A DNA stretch of 64,000 nucleotides, from NCBI RefSeq assembly GCF_006345805.1, contig NC_043003.1, positions 115,506,001 through 115,570,000 of the forward strand, in the 5' to 3' direction. Source of the DNA: Octopus sinensis. Lineage: Eukaryota. Both the position numbers and the translations under genes were made by a program. A model generated the notes under the pieces. That model did no database searches. It was not told the origin of the DNA and worked only from the letters and a program-made list of their open reading frames with translations. Below, piece by piece: positions 25,494 through 38,720 of the stretch (position 1 is the stretch's first letter; every line of letters starts with the position of its first letter).

Positions 25494-25732
25494 TACTCTT
25501 TTACTTGTTTCAGTCCTTTGATTGTGGCCATGCTGGAGCACCGCCTTTAGTCGAACAAATCGACCCCAGGACTTATTCTTTGTAAGCCTAGTACTTATTC
25601 TATCGGTCTCTTTTGCCGAACCGCTAAGTTACGGGGACGTAAACACACCAGCATCGGTTGTCAAGCGATGTTGTGGGGACAAACACACACAAACACGTAC
25701 ATATATATATACATATATATATATATATATGT

Positions 25733-25779
<47 letters not shown>

Positions 25780-25947
25780 CGATGGGCTTCTTTCAGTTTC
25801 CGTCTACCAAATTCACTCACAAGGCTTTGGTCGGCCCGAGCCTATAGTGGAAGACACTTGCCCAAGGTGCCACGTAGAACCATGTGACTGAACCCAGAAC
25901 CATGTGGTTCGTAAGGAAGCTACTTACCACACAGCCACTCCTGCGCC
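25494..25947 (-). mobile_element. SINE family A, full length
   Basis: Matches the family consensus. Confidence 0.9.
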
Positions 25948-25986
25948 ATGATGTTGCTTAATTGATATTAATTTATTTGTTCTCAG

Positions 25987-26045
25987 CGAGTGGTAGGTCG
26001 AACGTCTGCAATGGTATCCATTGCAGACGTTCGACCTACCACTCG
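25987..26045. repeat. Perfect 28-bp-arm hairpin with a 3-nt loop
   Basis: cgagtggtaggtcgaacgtctgcaatgg-TAT-ccattgcagacgttcgacctaccactcg. Confidence 0.95.
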
Positions 26046-26182
26046 ATATGAACGCAGATTGTAATTCGAAAATAGAGGAAAGATGCAGACAAGACCCTCC
26101 TTACAATCTCGTCAGACGTTCCATATTACATCATCTAACATTTCCATTTCCAATCATTACAACAAGAAACTTTTCCTTATGC

Positions 26183-26590
26183 TTACTCTTTACTCTTTTA
26201 CTCTTTTACTTGTTTCAGTCATTTGACTGCGGCCATGCAGGAGCATCGCCTTTAGTCGGGCAAATCGACCCCGGGACTTATTCTTTGTAAGCCAAGTACT
26301 TATTCTATCGGTCTCTTTTGCCGAACCGCTAAGTGACGGGGACGGAAACACACCAGCATCGGTTGTCAAGCAATGCTAGGGAGACAAACACAGACACACA
26401 AACATACATATATGTATACGTATATACGACAGGCTTCTTTCAGTTTCCGTCTACCAAATCTACTCACAAGGCATTGGTCGGCCCGAGGCTATAGCAGAAG
26501 ACATTTGCCCAAAATGCCACGCAGTGGGATTGAACCCAGAACCATGTGGTTGGTTAGCAAGCTACTTACTACACAGCCACTCCTGCGCCT
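26183..26590 (-). mobile_element. SINE family A, full length, with octamer tandem tail
   Basis: Matches the family consensus; the tail repeats TTACTCTT-like units. Confidence 0.9.
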
Positions 26591-27113
26591 AACTTTTCTG
26601 CGCCTTCCACACAGCCACTCATGCTTCCTAACTTTTCACATTAATTTATTTGTGTATTTGTATTTCCTGCAAAAGAACCTAACTTAATTTACCGAGTATC
26701 GTTTTTAATAAGACTTTCACTTGAAAAGATGACCAATATTTTATAATTCAGAATAACATCTATATTTGAAGCTTTGTTAGTCTCAATAATTCCTTAGTTG
26801 AGATTTTTTCATTTTTTTTTTTCGTATTTATGGCCTTTTTAATTGACCTCAAATATCTATTGAATAGATGAAATAAAGCAATCTGTATAATTTACAGATA
26901 CATATGATTTGATATTTATATATTTAGAGGGAGATATATTGAATTACATATTAAGAAAAACTTATATTGAATTATTCCAACACGTCTTTCTGCTCATGAA
27001 TATAACGCGTATAATATCTGTACTTCTATGTATCAGCCTGTGTCTCTCAAATTACCTCTAACTACCTCCATCCATACCTACATACACACATACATACATA
27101 CATACATACATAC

Positions 27114-27144
<31 letters not shown>

Positions 27145-27475
27145 CATACATACATACTACATACATACATACATACATACGTGCACGTAGACAGAAACTG
27201 AAAGAAATCAATTGTATGTATATGTATGTATATATGTAAGTCTATGTGTATGTCTTTGTGTTTCTCCCTCATCACTGCTTCACAACTGGTGTTCGTTTAT
27301 TTACATCCCCATAACTTACTGGTTTCACAAGAAAAAAACTGATGGAATAATTACCAAGCTTATCAAAATATAAAAACATCACTACGCAGTGTTTCATATT
27401 TTTGTTTGCCCACTCAGTTGTATATATCAATTTATCTTCGTGTGTGTGTGTATATACACACACACACACACACAT

Positions 27476-27503
<28 letters not shown>

Positions 27504-27507
<4 letters not shown>

Positions 27508-27960
27508 CTCTTATTATAAAAGGCAGATTTTATCTGCCTCCCTTTGTCAGTTATAGAAATCTACAATATAGGATTTCTTCAATTACAATTTACCTAGCAT
27601 TTTTAAGAGTAGAATGCATCGGGTTTTGCCAGGTCCAGTTTTTAAAATTTAAACTCCAATTAAGCAAAATTTACAGAAAACTCACATTCTGGTGTGTATG
27701 TCAAATGCTTTTCTTAGTCTGGTTTACAGCACACGCAAACGCACACACACAGTGTGCAAAGAATAAAGTGAAACTAGATGTAATATTTGTTTCTGTCTAT
27801 CACGCTGATAGATACATGAGTAAAATGTATGGCAAGCTAACAGATAAGAGTGAGTGAAAATGTTCTTGGAAGAGAGTAAATAGCGACAGTGATTTGAGGA
27901 AGACTAAACTGAAAGTATGAAACATTGTTTATGTATAAACAGACGACACTTATATAAACC
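27504..27960 (+). mobile_element. Possible second Helitron-like family, 5' part
   Basis: Starts A|TCTCTTATTATAAAAGG next to (TA)n. No 3' hairpin or CTAG found. Confidence 0.3.
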
Positions 27961-28283
27961 CTTTCGTTACCAAACCGCCCGAATTTACCTATTCATATTT
28001 AAATGAGAATATCAGAGTAAATCTCTTTAGTACATTCGTGAAAACACGTATTATACTTCGTAAACACTTCAAATACAGTTTTGTACAAAAATCGAAGTGT
28101 AATTTTAATTCCATGAATTATGGGAGATTTTTTTCCGAAATTTGTTCCTATTGTGTTTTCAAAATTTGTAATTCTGACAAAAAATGGATACGAATTTCAT
28201 TATATCAAGCAGCGAGTCAGAATTCGAAGGATTTTCTACTGAAGACCTTCATAAATCTAACTCTATGACTGAAAAAAAAAGCA

Positions 28284-28676
28284 TCTTTATATAAGAGTGA
28301 AGTTGTGTGTCTGTCTCCTACGATTTAGATTCGTAACTACTCCCACATTTTGCGGTGCAGTTTAACCAAAAGCGGGTATCTTATAATCGTGATTCATATC
28401 GAGCCCTTCCGGGTATTAGCGCGCGTCTACGATGAGTCTACGATTTAAAAAAAATTTACCATCATATTTTTCCATTTTAATGCATTTTTTTCGCTTTTAT
28501 ATAAGGGAAGTAACTCTCTAAAAATGTCTACGATGTGTCAACGATTTAAAAAAACATTTACCCTAATTTTTTTCAATTTTTAATGCATTTTTTTGCTTTT
28601 TTTGGCTATAACTCTCTAAAAATGCTTATATAGTTATTTCCCTTACAACCCGAGCAACGCCGGGCGATACTGCTAG
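28284..28676 (+). mobile_element. Non-autonomous Helitron-like element
   Basis: A|TC start, subterminal hairpin cccgagcaacgccggg, and CTAG|T end. Confidence 0.88.
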
Positions 28677-28779
28677 TATATATATATATATATATATATA
28701 TGGATTTCGTAGACAGGAACTGAAACAAATGAATCGTATATATATATATATATATGTATGTATATATGTAAGTGTATGT

Positions 28780-29115
28780 GTTTTGGTATTGGCAACATGG
28801 ATGACAATGGTCAGAGACTACTTGCATTTTGAACATACTATAACCTGTGCATCACTAACACATTCTTTGCCAACAAGACATCCCACAAGGCATCTTGGAG
28901 ACATCGAAGCTCTGACCACTGGCATCAGCTGGATCTCATCATTACACGGAGATCCTTTCTGAATTCTGTACTACTGACCCGCAGTTACCACAGCGCGGAT
29001 TGTGACACAGACCACTCACTAATAAGAAGCAGGGTGAGGATTCTGCCTAAAAAAGTCCATCACTCCAAGAAAATGAGCCGACCACGCATTAACACTCCCA
29101 GAACCTCGGGCCCTA
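28780..29115 (+). mobile_element. RTE-clade LINE APE endonuclease fragment (duplicated at about 29500-29835)
   Basis: GIGNMDDNGQRLLAF*TYYNLCITNTFFANKTSHKASWRHRSSDHWHQLDLIITRRSFLNSVLLTRSYHSADCDTDHSLI, a typical RTE APE C-terminus. Confidence 0.9.
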
Positions 29116-29303
29116 CACATGCTTTCTATGTTATGTCCTAAGAAGAATTTATATATTTTTATATATTTTTTATATATTTTTTATGTATTTTTATATAATT
29201 TTTATGACGAAAAATGCGAGCGATGTATAAGTACGCAGGCAAGCAGAGTTATAACAGAGTAATTTCCCTTTATTTAACGGTATTTTTTCATAACGTTTTC
29301 AAA

Positions 29304-29377
29304 TAGCCAGATAACCGAAGAGATGGTGTTGTGGATTTCCACTTCGGCATCTGAAACTCAGAGTTTTATCTTGACTA
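29304..29377 (+). ncRNA. Type-I hammerhead-like motif, family C (CCGAAGA core), copy 1
   Basis: tagccagataa-CCGAAGA-GATG..CATC-t-GAAA-CTCAGAG-T-T-ttatcttgacta. Stem I agataa/ttatct, palindromic AAACTC-A-GAGTTT stem III, GUU site; one extra T before GAAA. Confidence 0.55.
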
Positions 29378-30024
29378 CCGAGTAATGTGACATATAGTAT
29401 ATATATATATATATATATATGGATTTCGTAGACAGGAACTGAAACAAATGAATCGTATATATATATATATATATATGTATGTATATATGTAAGTGTATGT
29501 GTTTTGGTATTGGCAACATGGATGACAATGGTCAGAGACTACTTGCATTTTGAACATACTATAACCTGTGCATCACTAACACATTCTTTGCCAACAAGAC
29601 ATCCCACAAGGCATCTTGGAGACATCGAAGCTCTGACCACTGGCATCAGCTGGATCTCATCATTACACGGAGATCCTTTCTGAATTCTGTACTACTGACC
29701 CGCAGTTACCACAGCGCGGATTGTGACACAGACCACTCACTAATAAGAAGCAGGGTGAGGATTCTGCCTAAAAAAGTCCATCACTCCAAGAAAATGAGCC
29801 GACCACGCATTAACACTCCCAGAACCTCGGGCCCTACACATGCTTTCTATGTTATGTCCCAAGAAGAATTTATATATTTTTATATATTTTTTATATATTT
29901 TTTATGTATTTTTATATAATTTTTATGACGAAAAATGCGAGCGATGTATAAGTACGCAGGCAAGCAGAGTTATAACAGAGTAATTTCCCTTTATTTAACG
30001 GTATTTTTTCATAACGTTTTCAAA

Positions 30025-30098
30025 TAGCCAGATAACCGAAGAGATGGTGTTGTGGATTTCCACTTCGGCATCTGAAACTCAGAGTTTTATCTTGACTA
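30025..30098 (+). ncRNA. Type-I hammerhead-like motif, family C, copy 2
   Basis: Identical to 29304-29377; lies in the second tandem unit. Confidence 0.55.
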
Positions 30099-30715
30099 CC
30101 GAGTAATGTGACATATAGTATATATATATATATATATATATATATAACAAAGTGGAGTTGTAGGGTACCGCACGAGTGGAATTATATACAAAAGAAGGTT
30201 TGAAAATGCAAATAAACATCTTTTAAAATTGCATTTTTAAACCTTCTTTCGTATGTATATATATATATACACATGTATGCATGTCTCGATCCCATAACGC
30301 TTTATCACCTATATTTTTGTATGTGCTCAGAATTTTTGTTTCACAGACACATAATTATGTCATGAAGTATCCACTCTTTGAGTACTTGGACACACACGCC
30401 ACAAACATTTTGCTTTTAATAAAGAAAGTAAAATGCAAGGAACCGTTTATTGGAATATGACCGCATTCTTTGCTTTTACAGATTTGAGGAGCAGGATTAG
30501 CGAAGAATTAAAGAGAGAATAGGCGGAGACCATCATAATTCACAATGTTTTTGAAAAAGATATTTTACCGAACATCCTTTAGTTCCAAACATTTACCAGA
30601 TTGAAATAGAAATAAATTATTTGTTTTGAAAATGTGTACACAAACATTTCTGACGCCAAGAATCACTTATTGAAATTTCTTTGATGCGATACAGGACGTA
30701 ACTTAATTAGTTCGT

Positions 30716-30716
<1 letters not shown>

Positions 30717-30782
<66 letters not shown>

Positions 30783-30790
30783 ATACTTAC

Positions 30791-30835
<45 letters not shown>

Positions 30836-30896
30836 GAGATATATAGATAGATAGATATATTGATAGATAGATAGATAGATAGAGAGATAGAGAGAG

Positions 30897-30943
<47 letters not shown>

Positions 30944-31062
30944 CAGAAAGTTAGATAGACAGACAGACAGACAGATGTATATATATATTTATATATATAT
31001 ATATAAACATAGATATACATATACATATATGCATATATATATATATTATATATATATATATG

Positions 31063-31113
<51 letters not shown>

Positions 31114-31119
31114 ATTTAT

Positions 31120-31210
<91 letters not shown>

Positions 31211-31212
31211 CA
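30717..31212. repeat. (GATA)n/(GA)n/(TA)n compound microsatellite
   Basis: Directly visible. Confidence 0.95.
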
Positions 31213-31825
31213 GTATATACCTATGAATAAATGTAGGTGGACATGTGCAAAAATGTCCGAAGCGTTTAAGTTTGATAGCTTACGCCAAAAACTGGATTTA
31301 TACATATTAAACTGAGAGTAGGAGGAGGAGGAGGAGGTAATAGATAAGTTGACGAATTTATAAACATGTTTTTTTTAAAAAAGAAATGATTAATGGTCTC
31401 GAAGAAATATATATTTATAAATCAGTGCGAAAAAAACAAAATAAATAATTTTGGAAAATCTACAAAAATATATTTGGTTGGTTTCAGTTTCTTTGTTTCA
31501 TTTTGAACCAAAAATGACCTGTAATAAATCACTTGGAAGCTTGTAGATATATGAAGTTTCCAAATACCAAATATTCTGCAAGATTCCATACTAAAAATAT
31601 GCATCTATAATCTCCTTTCATTCAAACTCGTAGAAGAAGTCTGACAAATGAAGGAGATTTAGGCAGCCCCGTACATCTTATTGTTTTCCTCGTATCTTCT
31701 GTATAATACGCTGTATTGTTAGTTAATATATTCAGTCCATAGTCACATACGCGCATGATCTTCTATCTATCTACCTAATTGTCTACATGTCCATTCATTC
31801 ATTCATCTATCTATCTATATCTATA

Positions 31826-31889
<64 letters not shown>

Positions 31890-31908
31890 CATACATACAT
31901 ATATATAC

Positions 31909-32233
<325 letters not shown>

Positions 32234-32724
32234 TATAATTCATTTCTCTCTGTTTAATGCTTCGGTTTTCACCGATAAAACATAGTGCTTGCCAATTTTA
32301 ACCCACGCTGGTGGAAAGGGGAGAGCAGAAATTCTTCGCTTGCATATTTTGAATTTGTTAGCACTTTTAGTTCGAGCGGATCTCCAGAGGTGATAAGAAG
32401 CCAAAAGGGTATGCTCCCACTTTCAGTGTTCCCAAATCCGAATCAAGGAGTTCTGAGCTGACGAAAGAAATGTCGATTTGACTAATCTAGAAACGTACGT
32501 TCTCAAATAACCTTTGCATTTGTGATTTTTTAATGTTTTTACCCCCATACCTTCGTGAGTTGGTTTGAGCAAGCACTATCTGAGAGAGATTTTCTTTAAG
32601 TATTAGAAATAGTTTAAAAAAAATTTTTTTAGCTGCTGTTTCTAATGAGTTTAGTATGTGGCAAAGTAATTTATTTTACTAAGCCCTTTTATATAATATA
32701 TATATATATATATATACACACACT

Positions 32725-32775
<51 letters not shown>

Positions 32776-33029
32776 ATATCTCGCCATCTATAGACCTACA
32801 TATACACACGCCCACACACACATTGTATGTATATAGTTGTTTTTCCTGTTCTTGTATAATATAATTTGCTGGTATACATAGAATTCTGTTATTAATAACA
32901 CTTCAAGTATCTGTCAGTTTCGCTACTATTGCCACCGCTACTGCTTCTACTACTACCTCAACGATCCGCACCACCATTGGTACTGCTTCTACACAATAAT
33001 GAAAATAATAACCACAACATTAATGATTT

Positions 33030-34022
33030 CAGGTTTTGGCACAAGGCCAGCAGTTTTGATAGAGGAGCTGAAATGATCGAAATGATGAAACAAATTCGAC
33101 CGCGGCGAAATTTGAAATCAGAACGTCTCCCGTGCTAACGATTCTGCCATCTCAACGCCTTCCTAATCAGGATAATATTTTTTTCTACCCTAGGCATATG
33201 GCTCGAAATTTTTGTGGAAGGAGCCAGTCGGTTAGATCGACCTCAGAACGGAACTGGTACTTAATTTATCGACACAGAATGTATGAAAGGCAAAGTTGAC
33301 TTCGGCGTTATTTGAACTCAGAACATACAGACAAACGAAACACCTACTTCTTTACTACCCACAAGGGGCTAAACACAGAGGGGACGACCAAGGAGAGACA
33401 AACGGCTGAAGTAGATTATATCGACCCCGGTGCGTAACTGGTACTTATTTAATCCACCCCGAAAGGATGAAAGGCAAAGTCGACCTCGGCGGAATTTGAA
33501 CTCAGAACGTAACGGCAGACGAAATACCTATTTCTTTGCTACCCACAAGGGGCTAAACACAGAGAGGACAGACAAACGGATTAAGTCGATTACATCGACC
33601 CAGTGCGTAACTGGTACTTATTTAATCGACCCCGAAAGGATCAAAGGCAAAGGATGAAATTCCGCCGAGGTCGACTTTGCCTTTCACCCTTTCAGGGTCG
33701 ATTAAATAAGTATCAGTTACGTACTGGGGTCGATATAATCGACTTAATCCGTTTTTCTGCCTTTGTTTATCCCCTCTGTGTGTAGCCTATTGTGGGTAGT
33801 AAAGAAATAGGTATTTCGCCTGTCTTTAAGTTAAAATTCCTCCTTAGTCTTTCGTACTTTCGATGTCGATAAATTAAGTACTAGTTGCATACTGGTGTCG
33901 ATCTAACATACTGGGGTCCTCCCCAATCCTTTCTGCTATAGGCACGAGGCCTGAAATATATGGATAGTCGATTACGACAACTCCAGTACTTATCTGGTAC
34001 TAAATTTATCGACCCCGAAAAA
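33030..34022. mobile_element. Cluster of about 7 SINE family B pieces, including a head-to-head pair
   Basis: Repeated aactggtacttatttaatcgaccccgaaagg units on the minus strand up to 33652, then plus-strand units from 33655. Confidence 0.85.
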
Positions 34023-34149
34023 TAATGGTAATAATAATCATTATTATTTCATCTATTTTCCACAAGAACAGAGGATGAGGGGACATAAATTTTGGAATTT
34101 ATAGATAATGAAATGATGAAAAAAAAATTAAAGAAACAAAATAAATGCA

Positions 34150-34745
34150 CACGGTATACCTTGAAAAAGAAGGGACATGGCATTGCATACATATTTGTAA
34201 AAAGTAAAAGAAAAAGCGGCGGAGTGGATGATAGAGATGTGATCCTCCTGATACAGGGAGGCCTCTAGGGATAATCGAGGAACCCAACTGTCCGAGATTT
34301 CACAGTTCTACACTTAGAGAGCTACCGTCCACGCTTGCCATTTTCGCAGCTTTCACCCTCCTCCCAATAAACTCACTCGAGGACAGCACTTCCCTCTCCA
34401 CTCTCAATTTCCTTTTCAAGTGAAACTTGAAGAAGTCAATAAGAGCTCAACCAAAGAGGAATGTATCTGTCACATTGTCTTTCAGCCTTGTCGACCAAAC
34501 AACACCTTTCGCCACTGCCACCTGGCAAAGAAAAACTGCCTTGCCGGACCGATTGAAGGAGGGTGGCTGCATGACCATCATTACAAACTCGGCTGACAGA
34601 CAGATCTGTCCCACACGTGACAGCAGCTGTTTGACATAATTCCACAAGTTAATAATGCCCGGACACTGATCGAGGGCGTCCAGAACGGTTTCGTCACTCT
34701 GCACGCACCTCGAACAAGCTTGTCTGACAGCGCATGCGTGTCTGT
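34150..34745 (-). mobile_element. Tx1/L1-clade LINE ORF2 C-terminus and 3' UTR
   Basis: ACSRCVQSDETVLDALDQCPGIINLWNYVKQLL..VFLCQVAVAKGVVWSTR: a zf-RVT-like C..C..ET..H(D)..CP motif followed by the (A)K..IW..R motif. Confidence 0.75.
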
Positions 34746-34914
34746 AGAATTTATCTAGAATCAGTATGACGACGATGTTGATGCTGATGATGATCATGTT
34801 GATGCTGATGATGAAGATGATGATGACGATAACAACGACGACAACGTTTTCCAAATGATGCCGACTTTTCTTGTCAATAAACAATTATTATCATTAATAT
34901 TAATTACAATTATA

Positions 34915-35125
34915 AGACGGCCAGCTTGCAGAGTGGTTAGCACGATGGCAAAATGCTAGGCTGTATTTTCTTCGACTTTTCGTTCAGAGTTCAAATACCG
35001 CCAGCTTAGACTTTGCCTTTCTGCCTTTCGGGGTCAATAATATTGGTACCAGTTGCACACTGGTGTCGATGCAATCAACTTATCCCTGTCCTGAAATCGC
35101 GACCTTCAGCCAAACTTTGAAACCA
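34915..35125 (+). mobile_element. SINE family B, degenerate near-full copy
   Basis: Head acggccagcttgcagagtggttagc and body tttgcctttc..cctttcggggtcaataa. Confidence 0.75.
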
Positions 35126-38100
35126 TTGTTAACGAAAATTGTTATAATTGTTTTATTAATATTTCGAATTCCTCCACGTGACAAGGACAGTTTCATGGGA
35201 CTTTAACTATCAAATACGTAGACGTCAGAGTTGGACTCTCTATGTTATCGTACCCTGAATGATGTAAAGTAAATTAGGCCTCGACGTCGTTTGAAATGAT
35301 TCCCAAAATGAGAACTTAATGGACCATGCCAAGAAGAAAAATGGATTCAATTCACGTTCTCACGTTACGGTGAAGGATTTCGTGGAAATTACTAGATTCA
35401 TTTACACTATTTGTTCCCAAACTGGGCGGCACTGACCCTCTTCGTTGCGGTGAAAAAATCCAGTGGGTTGGCATTGAATGCTGTTCAATACATACCGTGT
35501 TTCATTGAAAAAGTCACTTCGTATGTGTTGCCCCGGCCGAACATTCTTGTGAGCCAACCTCACAACAGTACCATCTGACACTTTGGATGAACTTAGTGAA
35601 ATCCAGTTTCTTGCAATCGCTGAGGCCACTCTATTGTTTGAATTTTTATAATTCTACATCCTCACCCCAAGAATATAAGAACGCTTGTCTGCTTCAGTAA
35701 ACTATAAATAGAAATGTGTACAGACATATGCATGATGTAAGATACACCAGTTGTTATATTTATCACAAAGAGCAAAGAACTCCCAAGGAAATGAAAACGA
35801 TTTCCTTAAACGAAAGCATTGTTCGTTAAGTCTCAATATCTGTGAAGGTGAAAAGTTCACAGTTGAAAGCCCCCTGTACTTAGGTCCACATGAGTTTGGA
35901 TAATGTGTTGTGAAATGGACATATAAATAGAGAAACACATTTACATGACGTAGCTTATCATGTTCTGATACGTTACACTGCAGCTCGTTCATATTTCAAA
36001 GATGGCTGCATGCATATTTTGGTTTTAATTGTCCAAGTACGTAAATAATTGCTGAATCATTTACACTTAATTACGATATTATTAAACAGTACTCTATTCA
36101 AAATATCACTCTTTACCGCAATTATCAAAACGCACATTTCATTTACTTGCCTTCGTCCATTTTCTTTGTTTTTTTGTGTAGTTGCGAATATTATCAGAAA
36201 TACTAAATTTCTAAATCTCTCGTAGAGACATGTACGGTGGTGGGGCGAGAGAATGGTAGTATACTGTCAATCTAACACGAACGTGACAGTAGGGGGTACA
36301 CCACCGCTGTTTAGCCCTAGGAAGCATCGACGCCTCCTGATGGCTTTGACACATTTTTCCTGTGTCCTTATATACATTTACGAAGGGGAGACAAGAAAAG
36401 TATACGTGAGTCAGTTTCTGTACGTATAGATCTTTGTAAACTGACATGCAAGGTAGGGCTAACGAGCTCTAAGGAACGGAAATCTGTAAATATTGGTCTT
36501 TGGATTATAGACTAATATGTGGTTCCAATTGATACACATGAACGGATCTTATTTTCTTAAATCTATCTCCCAAATAATTTGCTGTCGCCAACAATTACCC
36601 CTAGGATATTTTTGTCTCCATAGAAATATCAGATAACTAAGAATAATTTCCAACGATAATCACTTTTTCGCCATTTAATCTAATTAGATAATGTAATTGT
36701 AGATTATATTATATATGCAACAGACACTGAGGCATTATCACATATATTCTATCCAATGATTTCTTGATTGTTCACGCCAAATTGAACAGTTTTGGCAAAT
36801 CGCTTTCGTTTATCTGCTTAGACGATGCATTCGTATTGTCTAATATTAGGTTGTGTCAAGTCTATTGGAATCTTAGGATTCAGATTAAACTAAGTGTGCG
36901 ACGTATGCTTAACAACAAAAATATCTTGTTTTTCTTTTTGAGTTAATTCAAGCATATATATATATATATATATGTAACGATTTATCCATTGCCTCATATT
37001 TCTTAAAGTTTCAGAGAGTCATGATACGAATTTTTGTTTGCTGAGTTCTTTATCTTAACCTTATTTCGTATTTACTTCTACGTCTGGCAGAATTACTCGT
37101 AAAAAATAATTTTTTCTGGTAAAATTATTTCGTAGATATTCTCAGATATAACTGCGGAGATAAAGTATTCTGGATGAGGAGTAAAGCGGAAGAAAAAAAA
37201 CATTTAAAGATAAATAGAAAGAATATGAATTATTCTCCATAACATGACATGTTTACAGTCAATCAAATCAGTTGATTTTTTTTTATTTCTCCTACAGGAG
37301 TAATTCCTTTTGTCCATTGAGAAGAAAGTTTAAAAAAATTGCATCATCAACTTTTAAAGTAGAACAATGGAAATTACGTGAACCGTACTGTTTGTTATTC
37401 CAGAGAGATAAATAAAATATTGCCATTTGCCATCTATAAAATTCGTTCCAAGTTGTTTCATGAAACAAATCCAATGAAAGCTAAACATACAATAAAGACA
37501 AAGAAAAACCTGAATATCGATATTTTTTCCCTAGTGATAAGCACCATTGCTTAAGGCTGCTGGTAAACAAGTTAAGAATTGTTTGCATTATTTCAAAGAT
37601 ATCGTATGGCCTTTGTACGTCTGATAGCCTCATTAATTCACGGAATGACACTCTTGCGATAAACTACGGAAGACCAGGTTTAGAAAAATATAGTATGCTC
37701 AATGTAATTTTATTTAACGGTTTTTCTTTCCTATTTTATCATGCTATTTTTCATGCCCAATTGCTTCTCAGCTTTCAATTGGGGAAAAAATTCATCTTAT
37801 AAAGGTCTGGATGCACCATTTGTCATTTTGGCATTCTACCACCTCTATGTTATTGCATCTTTACTGAATTATTGTTGCACTGAATTTAGAAAATCACTTT
37901 ATCAAACGACCAAGGAAAATCGGCATCAGCAGCAGCAGCGCGCTGATTGGACATGGCGTCTTTTGAAAGGAGTCGTTTTTCCTTTCTTTTACTCTCTGTA
38001 AGAAACAATTCCTTTTAACTGCTGTTTGACCTGTTCCTCAATTTTATACGAACACGGTTTCTATGTCTGATGCTAGATTAGAGTTTATTTGACAATGTCA

Positions 38101-38720
38101 CGGGAGATTCGAATGCAGGCTTTGCAAAAATATGAGATTACATTCTTTCAAATATAGTTTTCCCAGAGGGGGTTACATATATCAGAGAAATATAATCTCT
38201 GCACGTAAAATATGATATGTGTTTTACCTTTCATCAACGTAAACCAATGTTTTTTTTTTTGTTTTGAAGAGAAAACGTATAGCAAAATTACTGTATTAAA
38301 AAATAATTTAATGCAATAGATTATGTATATTGACAATAAACTATAGACAAGAATCAATACATTTGATAATACTTTGCTTTTCTTCTTTTTTGTAGAGTGG
38401 ATCTATAAACGCATAAAGTTCTGAATGGTAGCACATAATTATTGGGTTGACTTCAATGATAGGTTTGATGTAACAAAATATAAAGCATTTTGTTAAAATA
38501 TGTAGAAAGAATAAATTGTTTGAATCTACAATACCTGGTATAATTGGAGTATTTAGAAACAAGAGAATCTACGATATACTGTGTCTTATAATGTTTAACT
38601 TAGGTGAACAGATGTAACATTGAAACAACTTCGGAAAATACAAGACTTATATTATACTTCAGCATTTTATAAAGAAACAAATTTTCGGTACACTATTTGT
38701 TAGAAATTCTCAAATGATTA

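Larger units (their letters stand above)
28675..30125 (+). repeat. Near-perfect tandem duplication of a ~720-bp chimeric unit
   Basis: Offset is 719 before and 721 after the internal (TA)n. I found one substitution (gtcctaag vs gtcccaag). All three junctions share tagtatatata. Confidence 0.93.

Noticed and set aside
30482-30522. Strong-looking acceptor (ttctttgcttttacAG) followed by DLRSRISEELKRE*
   Set aside because: Too short and has no supporting upstream exons; such acceptors arise often in T-rich DNA.
35290-36480. Non-repetitive, slightly GC-richer block with several splice-like signals
   Set aside because: All frames on both strands are interrupted, and the implied introns (35-46 nt) are implausibly short. 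It may be an unrecognised decayed transposon; needs BLASTX.
36465-36495. CTAACGA-gctc-taag-gaac-GGAAATC hammerhead-like string
   Set aside because: G5 is changed, stem II is mismatched and there is no stem I complement.
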